A stretch of DNA of 64,000 bases from Raillietiella orientalis (taxonomy: Eukaryota): NCBI GenBank assembly GCA_036172245.1, contig JAYWIR010000019.1, positions 310,001-374,000 on the forward strand, written 5' to 3'. The translations under genes and the position numbers were made by a program. Below, in pieces: positions 49,621 to 62,350 of the stretch. Position 1 is the stretch's first letter. Each line of letters begins with the position of its first letter. The notes beneath the pieces were generated by a model. The model was not told where the DNA came from and ran no database searches. It was given only the letters and a program-made list of their open reading frames with translations.

Positions 49621-49879
49621 CCGGGGTGTTTATTGAAGAAGAAATGCACAACTTTCATGGTGGGGCGTGAAGCCCCCCACAGATGGTTCCATAATCGACC
49701 TGCCAGGTCGCCGGTACTCAGACCGGCCAGGCCCACCTCGGAAGCGGAGGGAGGATGAGGGAGAAACGAAAATAAAAATAAACATTGTGGAAAGCCGGGA
49801 AGGGGTCACTGTCCACTGGCGGAGGAAGCCTGCATCCTTCCCAAGGTGCCGGCTAGTTTCATCTCAAGAAGCCCCAGGT

Positions 49880-51080
49880 GCGGCTGTCTGGCCGCCACTA
49901 TCCACTAACAGCGAATTGGAGGGCGTCCCTATCGTTGCTTCCTTCGCTGGCTCCGCTCCACGCTTCCATTATCCCGCGGACGCAGCAGAGCGTTTCTGGA
50001 ACTGCGGCTGGCTGCAGAGCGTCCCGCACAAAGAGGAGTCGCACAACGTCCCTGGGGTTGCCACCGGGGGTCCCTAGGGTGGCGGCAAAGCGTTCCCAAA
50101 GGGGCCAGAGGGCAGCACAATCCACAAGCAGGTGGGGAAGGATTCACGTCCCCAGCACCTGCCACAGCTGGGATCCACACACCCGTGTCCTGTGATGCCG
50201 GCGGGCGTTGCACGGGAAGCCCCAGTGCAGCAGTAGCAGCAGCGACGACTCCTGCCACTTCAAGGTACGGGTGAGTGTCCGAGAGACCACTGGGGGTCAC
50301 TGCAGGGCTTCCACCGGAAGTTCCAGTAGTTCGCCCCAGCGCAACAGTCCACGAGGTGGGGCACTCGGGGTCGCAGCTTCCGTGAGCTGGCCCACCGTCC
50401 ACTCGACCAGTCCTTTTCTCCTTGCGGAGATTTCCGCACTGACCCCCGATTTAGCCGCGAGGCTGCTGCCCATTTGTTCCCTCAGGATACCGGGGAGCGT
50501 AGAAGCAAGGGAGGGTGATAACCCAGTCCACGCACTCTTTAGAAGGTATTCCAGGATCTTCCGGAGCGAGCAGCTGTCAAGGGAACCGCTCAGCAAACGC
50601 CGTGCCTGTTCCAGGCGTTGTTCGTTGTGCTGAGCCCACGCGCGAACGGTGCCCCGCGACCAGGCGCTACCGTTCGCGGGGGGCGGCAGGAGATCCATCC
50701 CATGTTCTTCCTGGCCAGCGTGGCCACCTGCCGGAGGTGCAGCCCGCAGTGGGAGAGGCTGCGGAGACGGAGCTCTTGGGAGGGCGCGATTCCCACGCTG
50801 CCGGTGGCTCGCTGGGCGAGGAGGCGCACAGGGTCGCACGGGTGGTGCTCCAGAACTTCGCCACGAGGGCGAGTATCCTGAACTGGAGCTCCACTCTCTC
50901 CAGTGCCAGGATGCCGTCTGGAGCACCATTCTCTCTAGCGCTGCCACGGCAGGCGTGCCCGGGCACGAGCTCGGCAGGGTTGCCAGAGTCTTCCTGTGCG
51001 CCCTCAGCACCAGCTCGAAGTGGGTGCTGAAGAGCACGGGGAGCCTTACGCCGTGCCGCACCGTGCACGGTCCGCCACTG
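49880..51080 (-). mobile_element. L1/Tx1-like ORF2 3' fragment (tandem to the previous one)
   Basis: DCAALWPLWERFAATLG; PPRGLLRWGELL matches PPHGLLRWDELL at ~11925-11955; FQWRTV post-RT segment. Confidence 0.75.
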
Positions 51081-51969
51081 AAAAGGGACGTTGGTCCCGA
51101 CTACCACAACCGTTACCACTACCGTCAGCACTTCCATTCCTTCTGCTACCACCACCAGCATCACTAGCACTGCTGCTACTATTAGTAATACAATCACCAC
51201 TACTACCGACACCTTACCACCACCATTGCCATTGACACTTATCTTTGCACTAGTGGTGCTGCTACTACTGCATATTTCGCATTAATAATATTACCATTAA
51301 TGATACAGTGATTATTATTACTAACATTTCCATTATTTCTGCTACCATTTGCACTCCTACGGCTGCCGTTATTTTTTTTTCGTTTTGTTTTGTTTTTGCC
51401 GAGGCACCAGAGTTGCATTGGTCAGGCAGCTCGTCGACTCGTAACCGTGTCGTTGGTTCATCATGGCATGAGTCATCTCCGTGTCTTCACCACATCACAG
51501 TGTCCTTTCCTGACCGGCGTGGAGTCAGCTGATCACGTCTTCGCTTCATCTTCGGGTCTTCGACTCAGTGCCCGGTCATTGACCGATCATCGTGTTGCCA
51601 GCTCATCACCATGCCGACGAAAGTCAGCTGTGTCGCTGACGCATTTTCAGTTGGGTCTTCGTCTCATCTTGTGGTCTTTGGCTAATCATCGTGACGTCAA
51701 CTGATCTCCGTGTCTTTGGCTCATCTAGGGAGCGTCGGCTGACCGTCGTGTCGATGTCTGATCATTGCATGGTCAGCTCATCTCCGTGTGGCTGTGTCAT
51801 CATCGTGTTGTCGGCGCATCTCCAGGTCGATGGCTTGCCTGCGGCGCTTCCTCGCAGCTCCAACAGTCGTCACGGGTTTGTGGGGGCGGTGCCGGCAGAC
51901 CGTCCGTGCGTTCTTGCACTGCCACTGACCTTGTCCTTCGTCGACCTTGGCTCTGAATTCGCCGCTCCT

Positions 51970-52860
51970 GAAGCTGCCGTTATTAATCCAATTTGTATTT
52001 CTACTATTATCCCTGCTATCATTATCACTACTATTACTAATTACATTACCATCACTGCTATTATTAGTGTTATTACTCTTACCAGAACTGTTGCTATTGG
52101 TACTATCATTCCTGCTATTGTCATGAGCACCGTTACTACTGGCACTATTACTATAACTACAACTTCGGCTGTTATTATTATGATGGTTACTCCTCCTGCT
52201 GTTACTTCTGTGGCTAGTACCATTGCTGCTATTGCAACTACTCAATTACTACTGCACTACTACTACGAATGATGTCATTGTCGCTTCTATTTCCATTACT
52301 ATAATTACTACTTTCATTATCACTATTACTGCTATTATCAATAACATCACTACTAGTATTATTATTACAGTTTCTACTGCTACTATTATCACTATTACTG
52401 GAACTATTATAAATAATACTACTTTTCTTATCAGTCCTATTACTACTATTGCTACTTTTTTGCTATTATCATTACTATTATGGACATTGCTGCTACGATC
52501 AGTATTATCTCTGTTATTAATACCTTTACTATCATCACCACCATTACTGGTTTTGTCATATTATCATCAAGGAAATTACTAGTATTACTATAACTGCACC
52601 TATAGATGCCATTACTGCTTTGATTGTTTTTACTATTGCTACTACTGTACTCCTACCATTTCCATGACATCTGTTGCAGCTGCTATCGTTATCAGTACTA
52701 TTACTAGAGTTACGTTTATTACTACTGATATTACCTCTGTTATCAAGCGTACTAACACTTATATGACTGTAAATATCGATGCTGCTGTTGCTGTTGTCAC
52801 TACACTATTACTGCTGCCGGTTTATTATTTCTACTACTATTACTATTACTGCTGCTAACG
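51970..52860 (+). repeat. Degenerate (ACT/ATT)n microsatellite field
   Basis: ~900 bp of actattactactgct-type triplets. Confidence 0.9.
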
Positions 52861-52999
52861 TAACAGACAGTGAACACAAGCAAAAGTTCTCACAGCGGTT
52901 CGCACTTCCGCTTGTTACCTTGGGGATGCAAAACGGCGGTCAGGGAAGCCCAAACTCTCCAGGACAGCCCGTGGACAAGGAGGCGCGTCTCTTCCGGTC

Positions 53000-54150
53000 C
53001 ACGGCAAGGACATGCCGGTGAGTGGGTGCACGTATGAGTCAGGCCGACCCCACAGGGGCAACAGCCACGCGCTTCGAGCCCCTGCGAGAGATCCCAAGTG
53101 GAAAGGGACGTCCTCTTCCGAATGGAAGGGGACCCCGCCCAGGAGTCGAGTCAAAAGGAGCAGCATGAGGTGGGATCCGCTGCTCCTGTGGCAGCCTCAG
53201 GGCCTCATTTTCGAGGACCGAACTTACCTGCCCTTCGAACTACAGGGACATTGCGCTGTTTGGGGCACGCCCCACGGAAAACCGGGTCATGGCGGCATGA
53301 GGTTGGAGCGTGGTGGGGCCACGGTCATCAGGTTGCCGACTGCGCGGGGGGCAGGGGAACCTTTCAGCCCCACCGGGATCCACGCGGTGCGCAGCTGTTT
53401 CTTTGGCGACGACCTCGGCCTGTTCACAGCATCCGAAGGAGAAATTCGGAAAAAGCTTCTCCGGTTCGTTTCAGAAATGACCGCAGACCAACAGACGGAT
53501 CTTCCCACAAACTCAGTCTCGGAAAAGCTGGCGGACATTTTCTGCGCTTCTTGAAGGTTTTCAGTAGGCACGACCAGATGGCGCCGCGGGAGCAGAGGGC
53601 CCCTAGGCACGCTCAAAGGTCCCTCTTTGACGTGCTCCACCCATTCCGGAAGCCTTCTCGGTGCTTCGCCTCATGCCGAGGCTCCGGGCATCGGAGAAGT
53701 CCACCGGAGACCCAGTGGGCAGCCGCGTGCCCGTCTCCTCCTGCCGTGGTTCTTTCGAGCAGCCGCTGCTGAATGCTCAACGAGTCAAAGGCGACCACGA
53801 TCTTCGCGCTGCCGCCTCGCTCCAGCCTCCGATCCGCCTCCGGCATGCGTTGGCGGGATGCCACCTGGTACCGGTGCCTCGGAGACAGCGGTCTTGATCA
53901 GGGGCACGTCTTCTCCCTTGATATTTCGGTTCCCTTGTCCGTTCAGTGGTTGAGGATATGCTCCACCCACCTCTTGGACGATGGCCGTGGGACGAACTTC
54001 GCCTCCATTGATCCTTATCCCCCGGATCTTGTGCTCGTTCTCCTGTTGGTTCCGCGTGGTTCCTCTCATCGCGGAGCGTCGGACGACGGGCTGGAGTTCA
54101 GGTCGTGCCGGGAGCACGGTCCACATGCGCATCGTGAGCAAGAAGATTAA
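53000..54150 (+). mobile_element. Non-LTR RT and APE fragments
   Basis: GEPFSP...FFGDDLGLF..SEGEI (RT QGxPxSP/FADD region) at ~53350-53460; TWYRC..SGLD (APE) at ~53860-53900. Confidence 0.55.
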
Positions 54151-54189
54151 TTGCGACCCCGTGCACCTTCCCGAGCATAGTTGACGCTT

Positions 54190-54560
54190 CAACTAAGCAG
54201 TTGTGCAGCTTGTGTGCCTGACCTGGACATCAGTGCATGCTGTGTGTTTGTTTTGAGCATCTTTGGATGCCTGTATGCCTGTCCTGCGCATCCGTGCAGC
54301 CAGTGTGCCTGTCCCGTGTATCCGTGCTTCTGTGTGCTTGTTCTGTGCAGCCGTGCATGTCTGCGTGCCGGTCTTGGGTGCATCCGTACCGCCTGTATAT
54401 CTGTCCTGTGCATTCTCTGTGCATCTTTACATGCCTGTACCTCCGTCTTATGCATCCATGCATTCTGTTTGTCCTGTGCATCTGTGCTTGCCTGTCTGCA
54501 TCCATGCAGGCTGTGTGCCTGCCCTAGGTATCCGTGTACTCGTGCGTATCCTCTTCTGCA
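54190..54560 (+). repeat. Degenerate TG/TGCA-rich tract
   Basis: tgtgcatccgtgcctgt-type repeated units. Confidence 0.75.
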
Positions 54561-54579
54561 GACAGCAGGGAAGGCTTAG

Positions 54580-57250
54580 ACCTGCGACCCCGCGCGCCCT
54601 TCAGTGCATGATTCTCCTAGCGCCGCTCCTGAACGCTGAACGCCCACGGCGCTATGGCCTTCCCTTCCCTGCAGAGAGCTGGATCTGACTTTGAGCCTGT
54701 GGTCAGATCGAAGGCTGCCTTCCAACTCGCAGTGTTTCGGGCAATTTATAGCATCCGGGGTAGCCTCCTTGATGTGGGTCATCGCGTGTTTCTCGAAGAA
54801 AATGACAAAAGGACCCTTTCCATTTCCGCCACCTTCTGCCCAAGCAACGACCGCCGCCACCGTCCCGGCGGGAGTCGCTGGCGCAGGCAGGAGGTCGAAC
54901 AAACCTGCCGTCCTTGCAAGTCTGCGGTGTTCGCCGCCGAGGGGAAAGTGTGCCTGGGCACAACATAGAATGCCTCCCAGAGAAGTACGTGCCCTCTTAA
55001 CCCAAGGGTCTGTCCCTAAGGTCCCCCCCCTTCGATCCTTCTCACTCTGGATATCCCTGCCATTTATTTAAAACAAATCAGTCATAGACCGAACCCAAAG
55101 GTACCAACCCTGATGGGGGACAAAACTAGGGAGGCGCGTGGAGGGAGAGGAGGTAAGGCGACGAATAAACGAATAAACAGGGAATGGGATGGAAGCTTTG
55201 GGGACAGTCTGTCCCCAAGCGTTGGAAGGTTCCGTTGCGCCCCGTGCTCCGCAATGGGACATTTCTCAGCCCTCCGCATGTAGTCGATTGCGACTGTCGA
55301 TGGCTCTCCGGGATGTCGGCCACACGCTTCCTCTTCCATTTTGTAGGTCGCCGTTGCTCGCACGTGGCAGAGCACCGTTCGCTTTGTAGGCGGCGACCGG
55401 CAAGCCTGGAGTCGTGAACATTCGCCCAGGCAGGTCTTCTGGGGAGGCGCCGGGACGCGACGAGGGGCGTCCGTCCGCTCCCGGCCTTGAGTCGCCCCCG
55501 CGCTTTGAGCAGGCTGGGGACGACCTCTTGGCTTGCAGGATCACCTCTTTCAAGTCGGCTCGCCGTTCCAGCAGGACCTCATTTTTCTGCCTCCCGACAG
55601 AGTCCTGCGCGCGTGCTTCGAGGATAAGAAGGCGAACCCGTGTGCAGCCCGGGAGCACGCTGCCGATTCGCACCTCGCTCGATCAATCACGCTGCCGCGG
55701 AGACTCGAAGCTTACGAAGAGGAGGGGTTCGCTTGCTGACACGTTGCACTCTCAGCACGTCGGTGCACGCACACACGTGTGTCCGCGTGATGACCGCTCG
55801 TTAATTCTGCCACATTACAATACATATGGCAATTCTGAAAATGAGTGAACTGGGGCGACACAAACTTGTTTTGTATTCGAGATGTTGGGCAAACAACAGC
55901 ACGTCATGGACGTTGCTTAAAGGCACTGCCCGTGACGGAGGAACCTACAAGAAGCGGTGTGCGCGGGGAGCACGGAAGCCGCTCGGTGAAGCGAGCGCAT
56001 TCTCAAGCTCCGGGTGCACCCCCCGCGTCTACTTTCACCGCCAGGAGGCAGAGCGTTCGGTCAACCAAACCAAGGAGGCGACTCAGGGCAAACGCGGTAC
56101 CAAGCAGTTTGACTCCAAGCAGTCAACACCAGGACCGAAGTCGGGATTCCTGCCCGGACCTGGCGCTCGGGTCGACGGAAGAGCAAAGAAGAAAGGAGAC
56201 CGAATGCATTTTTCGTTGTTAGGGGAGCGGCAGCTCTCGTGGGGGAACACTGGTTCGTCAACGGTGACTCCGGGGCGAATAGACACCAGCAAGGATCCAG
56301 CAAGAATAGACACCAGAAGCGAAACGGGGCACAGAGAAATGGACCAGCAAACAAGGTCATTATAGGCAAAGACGCCGGCCGAAAGAGAGGAGAGGAAGGG
56401 AGGGGGGAAGAGAAAAGGAGGAATAAGAAGAAGAAAAGGAGGAGGAAGAGGTGCTGCGGTGCTGAGGACTGCCGACTCACCAGCAGCGCATCTCGGATGC
56501 GCTTCGGCGAGGCATCTCACGGCCACGGCTACGGCCTCGGATCAAGACGGACACACCTTCACCTCCCTCCCGGGTGCGGACCGATGCACCGAAATCTGGG
56601 CTCACGGATCACAGCGAAGACACGAAGGCCATTGCACTGCCCTTCGGAGCTGGGGAAGAGCAAGCGAGACGTCTGTGCTCCCGGCATCAATTCCGTGGAA
56701 TGAAACGCAGGATGGTGAGCACGGTGAAAGAGAACACGGAGTGCAGCGGGTGGCAGAGGGCACTCGCCACGCGCTCCCAACGCCTGAAGAGTCGCTCACA
56801 GCCTAGCAACACGTGACAAAGGGGTTCATCTTCCACTGAATTGGCTGCAAAACGGGAGATACGATGCCTCCTCGCACTGCACTAGGGACCCAGTGCAAGA
56901 GGGTCCCTGAGGGTGCGAGTGTGATGAGCCAACATCCAGCACAGCGCCGCGACCCAGGCCAGATTCGCCCGGTCGCTCCTGGATGGTTATTTGCTAAAAA
57001 GGGAGGAGAAGAGCAGCGTTCCTGCCGCATTCTGCAAGTAAGGGACACTGCTGTCATGCAGACTGGCTGGCCAGGTTGCGTGACAACAGGAGAGCGGCTG
57101 CTGCGCAGGGCAGGAGCGAGCAGCACGGCGACACACATCAACACAAGAGAGCTGCAAAAATCACCAGAGGAATTGCCTCCTCTTCTCAAAGGGAAAGCTC
57201 TTACGGAACGTGCTAATCACACGCGAGCAAGATCTCTGCGCTGATCTCTG
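54580..57250 (-). mobile_element. Decayed L1/Tx1-like ORF2 5' half (APE-linker-RT start)
   Basis: VAVLLAP (APE), QWKMNPF (post-APE WKxN motif, ~56840) and ASWKAAFDLTTGSK (cf. NWRPISLLxTDYK, ~54720), in the correct order; interrupted by other sequence. Confidence 0.5.
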
Positions 57251-60200
57251 CGGCTCGGTTCCCGGGAACGCGCAATCGAGTTAGAGGGAGCGGTGGATAA
57301 AGAGGAAGGCTCGTTTTCAAAGAGAAGGAGGAGGAGGAAGAGGAAGAAAAGAGAAGGAAGTGGAAAGGAGGAGGAGATCTTTTACACTTGAAACTGTTAA
57401 GACAGTGGCCTCAGTTTCGCTCGTCGCAGCGTTTCCGTCCTACGACTGTCGCGCAGCTGAGGCCATGCGCGCGTCGACAGCAATGGTTGGCTACCTGCGA
57501 TACGATGCTCAGAGGAATTCTTTAGTAAAAGGCTAAAGAATTATGCGTTAGAATGGAGACCAGAGTTCATGCTCAGCGGCGTGGAAGGGGGAGGAAGGGA
57601 GGCGTCCTGACCGCAGGCGACGCGAGTACGCTGCGGGTCACCTGGGTCTTGCGCACCGCCCGACGGATGCCATCGCGGGGGCACGGCTGTTGGCACGGGC
57701 ACTTTCGGAGAGCGCGCCCCGGCGAGGACGGCAGGCGGCCTTCAGGCGACGACGGCAATCGGGTGCGCGAACCGATCCTACGAGGATCACGTGACCTCTG
57801 CTTGGGGGTCGCGCGATTCGCTCACTTGCCTAGCGCCAGGGAGCGCGCCATAAGAAACTGCGAATGTTTCGGCGGTGATGTAGAAATCGACAAGAAAACA
57901 CACACACACACACACACACTTAATTCCTCCTCCCTCCCTTTTATTTTTATCGGATGAACGATGCGTTGAATCCGAGCGTTTGAATTTCAAATGAAGGAAC
58001 GGTTCGAGGTCGAAGATTCCCCGAGGGGCGGAATTATCTCTGGACTCGGCAAAGGCGGACGGCGTGCGGAAAAGACAAAATTGGATGCAATGCCCCCCCC
58101 CCCCCGCCCGGCCGGCGAAGAAGAAGGTGGGCACGAGAGAGGGCTTCCTTGCAGGCCCCATTGCTCCGAGCCGCGCGCCGCTGAAAGGCGGGAAAGCAGG
58201 ACACGCACGCACCTCCATCACCGCTGCACGCTTTCGCCGTCCGGGAATCCGGTGTTCCCTCCCCACTCCGGGACTCCGGCATGCAAACAGTCATTATCGG
58301 CAGGGCCACAATTCTTCGCAGCGGTTTACGGCGGAGGGAAGCAGGGCTCAACGATCGGAAAGGAGAGAGGCAGATGGCGAAAGCGTAGCCGACGAGACAC
58401 CAGCTGGCGCTCCCTGTGCTGGCATGCGACGCACACACAACCTCCTCGGCGAGTGGCATCGCATGGCTGCTGGCTGCCGCTTCTCCCTAGGCAGGGCGCA
58501 ACACCGGTACGTATGAACTTTCTTCCCTCCCCTCCCCCCGTCGCTCTCCTTCTCTTTCCTTCTTTCTTTCTTTTTTTTTTTTTTTTTTTTTTTTTTCGTT
58601 TTCTTCGCCTTCTTTTCGCGTTGCAAACCCCGGAAGGTGCGTCTCGCGTGGGGGTAAAATCCCCGGCGAGCCGCGGCGGTGGGCACCACCGGCGCCACCC
58701 GCAGTCGGACCCTGAGTTTCGCGTTCCCTGCCCGCGCGCGTTCGGTCACCCGGGGACGGAAAGCGCTCCTGGACCCCCCCCCCCCTTTGCGAGTCCGGCG
58801 ACCCCGAAACGGGGAAGGCGGAAGGGCGAAACGCAGGCGACGGGCAGCCGGCCCCAGCGTCTGATCTTGAGGGGGGGAAGGGTAGAGGGTGTCGCCCAGT
58901 CGGTTCGCGCCGTCCACTGGGCAGCGGACTCGTTCACGAGCTGCGTGTGTGTGGGGATGACGGTTCTGGTCAACCGCCTCGGGTACTGCCGGCGACTCCC
59001 CTCTCGGAGGCGGCGCGCCCTTCCGTCCGTGGCAACCCAAAGACGCATACGAAGCAAAGTGAGGTAGGCGGAAACGGCAGTCGAACTTCGGCTTACAACG
59101 ACGGACCGTGTGCAAGAGCACTTCCGCAGAAGGGGAGGGGCAGGGAAGAAGAAGGAGAAAGAGCAGCAGCAGCAGCAACAAAAACCGAAGAAAAAAAAAA
59201 AGGAAATACCTTCAAGCGGTTCGTGCGAGTTCGCCCGCGTGGGATGGTTGCAGCTCGCCAGCGTGGTGTCCTGCGGGGCGCCTCGTCCTTGCGAGCTCGA
59301 GCGCAAACGCCCCGTGCGCCCGAAACGTGCGCGGCACTTTCGATTCAACAGCTGCAAGAACTCGATGGCAGTGGTCAACTTGCGAGTCGAACAAACGAAC
59401 AAAGCGATCGCACACGCGGTGACACTCGCTCGACACGTTCCGGAAACGCCGTAAGTAAAACGCAACCCATTTCCCCCGCCGCCATGACGCGTTACTAGTG
59501 TGACGCCGGGCCGCCGCAAGCATGGCACTTCTTTCTCTCTCTCTCACTCTCTCTCTCACTCTCTCGCATGCGCGCGCGGGCGTCTTCAAGTCAAGTCCCC
59601 GCTCCACCGGGCCCGAGGGAAGACGAGGTGTGCACGGGTCGAGGTGCCGATGTGCAGTGTACAATGCCAGGTGTACGAGAGGTGTGCAGTACGGATACAG
59701 CGTCTCCGAATGTGAAGTGCCCGAAACGGACGGCTTTTGCGCACTCTCCGCTCACGTGGGATAGGTCTTTGGGATGACCCACTCGGCTGCCCTTTCCTAC
59801 TGAATTGCAAGAAACCCGAACCCGCTGCCCACCCTCCGGCATTTGTCGCTTGTGGGATGCGCTCGAGAGTGCATTCAGCTGACCGTCGGAAAAAGAAATT
59901 CGGGGAGGAGGAGGGGGGGTTCGGCGGCGCGGTGAAGCTCTGACGTCATCAAATCATCAAAAGGGAATGCGACAGGAAAAAAAAATATTCCAATGACTCG
60001 GTGGAATCGGATTTCGCGGCAAGTAGCCGGATGACACGTTCGTTTCCCACCTCGTGATAGCTGCGCGGGACCTGTGCATTGGGTCGAACCGGAAGCAGAT
60101 GACTGCCGGTTGCCCGGATACCAGGGACGTCGAGGACTACGAACGACACGCGTCTCCTCAAGAACAACGGGTTTCTCTCCGCCCTTCCCTCCCTCCCCCC

Positions 60201-61619
60201 TTTCCTCCCCCTTCTTCCCTCCTCCGGATCTGTTTACTCACTCAACCTGGAGGTGCACGACACGCATTCCTTCCCTCCCGGGTTTCAGTTGTCGTTTCCA
60301 AGGGAGCGGGGGGCCGTGTGCTCGGGCGTGCTGTTAATTAAGTAGCGGCGTTCCTCGCGTCTCCAGAGAGCATCGCTCGGGCGTCCTGCGCTCCCCCGAC
60401 TTCTTGGAATTTTCTTCCGGCTTGCAGATGCGTCCGATTTTCCTTCTCTCGTCGGAGGATGGGGGGCCGCCGCCCGGAGTCGCGCGTGCTCCTTTTTTTT
60501 TTCTTCTTGTCTTCAATGCCTCTTTGCTTTTGTCTTTTTTTCTTGTATTCCGACCGTGCCCATGTCGTTTCGCACCCTCGGGGAAAGCGGAGCTGTGCGT
60601 GTCCATCCGCCAAACCCCTTCTTGAGAGGCAAACGATGCGCGTTGCGAGGAGCCTGCGAGTCACGCGCGGAGACCTCGCGATGCTGTCGGACGGACCTTC
60701 GAGGACGGGACGCGCGCGCCCGACTTCCGGAACCTCCTCTCTGGAGGCGGGTCGAAGCGGCCGCCGGGCACATCTTTGCAGGTCCGCATGGCGCAGCAGC
60801 GCCCCTCGGCCGACTCAGTTGCCTGGGAAACCTCGCGGCGCGTGCGCGCGCCCGCCCGCCGCGGGGTGCGACTCCCGTGTGCGGGTCGGAAAGGGACGAC
60901 ACGAGCGACCCGGCGCCTAATCATGGGAACTCGGCGCGGACGGCAGCTGCAAGAAATGCCCTGCCGAAAGTGCTCCAAGAGGACGAGAGATCCGGGATCG
61001 GGGCCGGTTGGGCGGATTCGACCCTCAAGTCACCAGGATGGGAGCTCCTGACCACGTTGAGGTCCAGCCGACGAGAGTCGAACTCAGAAAGCGCGCGCTT
61101 CGACTTGCAAAGGAAGAGAGAACGAACCCTGGACCGTCAGGAGGCCACGCCTGAGGGTATCGTAGAAGGATGACGGCCTTTCTGATTCGTAAAGAACCGG
61201 TTGCTAGGAGCCGAGGGATGCCGAAAGAACTTGGGAGGACGACCTGCCGCCCACTTGCTCGCGCCCTCGCACAAGGCGGCGGCAGGACACGCGGCCGGGC
61301 CACGCGGAGAGCCAGTTTCGGAAGGAGACTCCCGGAAAATCTCCCCGGCGTCTCCCCGGCAACCCCTCAGAAGGGACCGGCTGCCTACCCTTCGGCCGCT
61401 TCCTTGCATCCATGGAAACAAAACTTCCTCGGCCGCAACCGCGCGCGCGCCCCGCCGTCGAGAATGCCCCGCAGCCATCAGTCGGTGGCCGCTCGTTGCA
61501 TTCGACGCTCTCGCCTGCCGCTTTCTGGGGGCGGATCAGTCGAGGGGACCGGAAATTCGCCAAAAGCAAAAGGAAGAATTCTGTTTTCCGAGGGGGTGCG
61601 CCCTCATTCGAAGAGTAGA

Positions 61620-62350
61620 GCTGCGTCTGTCGGCGAGGATAAGTTGGATCTGCCTGGAGACGGAAGACTCGAGATGGTGGTCGCCGAAGGAGACCAGCAG
61701 GTTCACCTTGAGGCGGCAGCGCCGTGGCACACTGTCCTTGGGACGCCTCGACTCCTCCGAACGGCGATGAATCGGGCCTCGGGGCGCCCTCCTTCCCTTC
61801 CCACCCTACAGTCCTCCCCCCCCCCCCTCCCTCCCATTCTTACTCGCGTCGGCGGTCCGCCTCATCGAACGGCGAATGTTCCATCCTCATCCGCGCAACC
61901 CTTCCTCTTGTGTGGTAGGTCCTTGGGAGTGGATGAGTTCACTCCCACCCCTACCCCCACCTCCAAACGGAGATGGTTCCTCTGAGGGCTCCCTCCGGAG
62001 AAAACCGGAGCGATGATCCCCCCCTTCAAGGAAAAACTCCCCTTCGACTTGCGACTCTTCCGTGGGTGTCCTCCAGGATGGATGCTTGGAGTTCTTGCAA
62101 GTCCCTTGCTGGCTCGGTGGGCCTTATAAAGCGCATTCTGCGAACGGCCTTGGGATCGTTCCCCGGACGACCCCTCCCCCTTAAGCAGAGGTGGGACGGT
62201 TTCTCCGCCCGACCCGCCTGCGCCGCACGGACTTCTTCCTCGCCCTACTGCCGCGCGTGCATGCGAGCCGCCACCAAACGCCTCGCCTCCCTCCGTCCCT
62301 TCCCTTCGAAACCGTTCGCGTACGGTTTCAAAGGCACGCGATCCTGCGTA
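61620..62350 (+). mobile_element. Possible Penelope-like relic
   Basis: KLDLPGDGRLEMVV (RT thumb-like), LATLPWV...LIKRIL (PLE linker) and a Cys-containing CRAC..TKRL segment. Confidence 0.3.

Noticed and set aside
51691..52858. Thr/Ile-rich 'mucin-like' or membrane-protein ORFs
   Set aside because: Translations of a degenerate trinucleotide microsatellite.
57991..59528. 358, 277 and 260 aa ORFs
   Set aside because: They run through poly-T/poly-A and CAG tracts; compositionally spurious.
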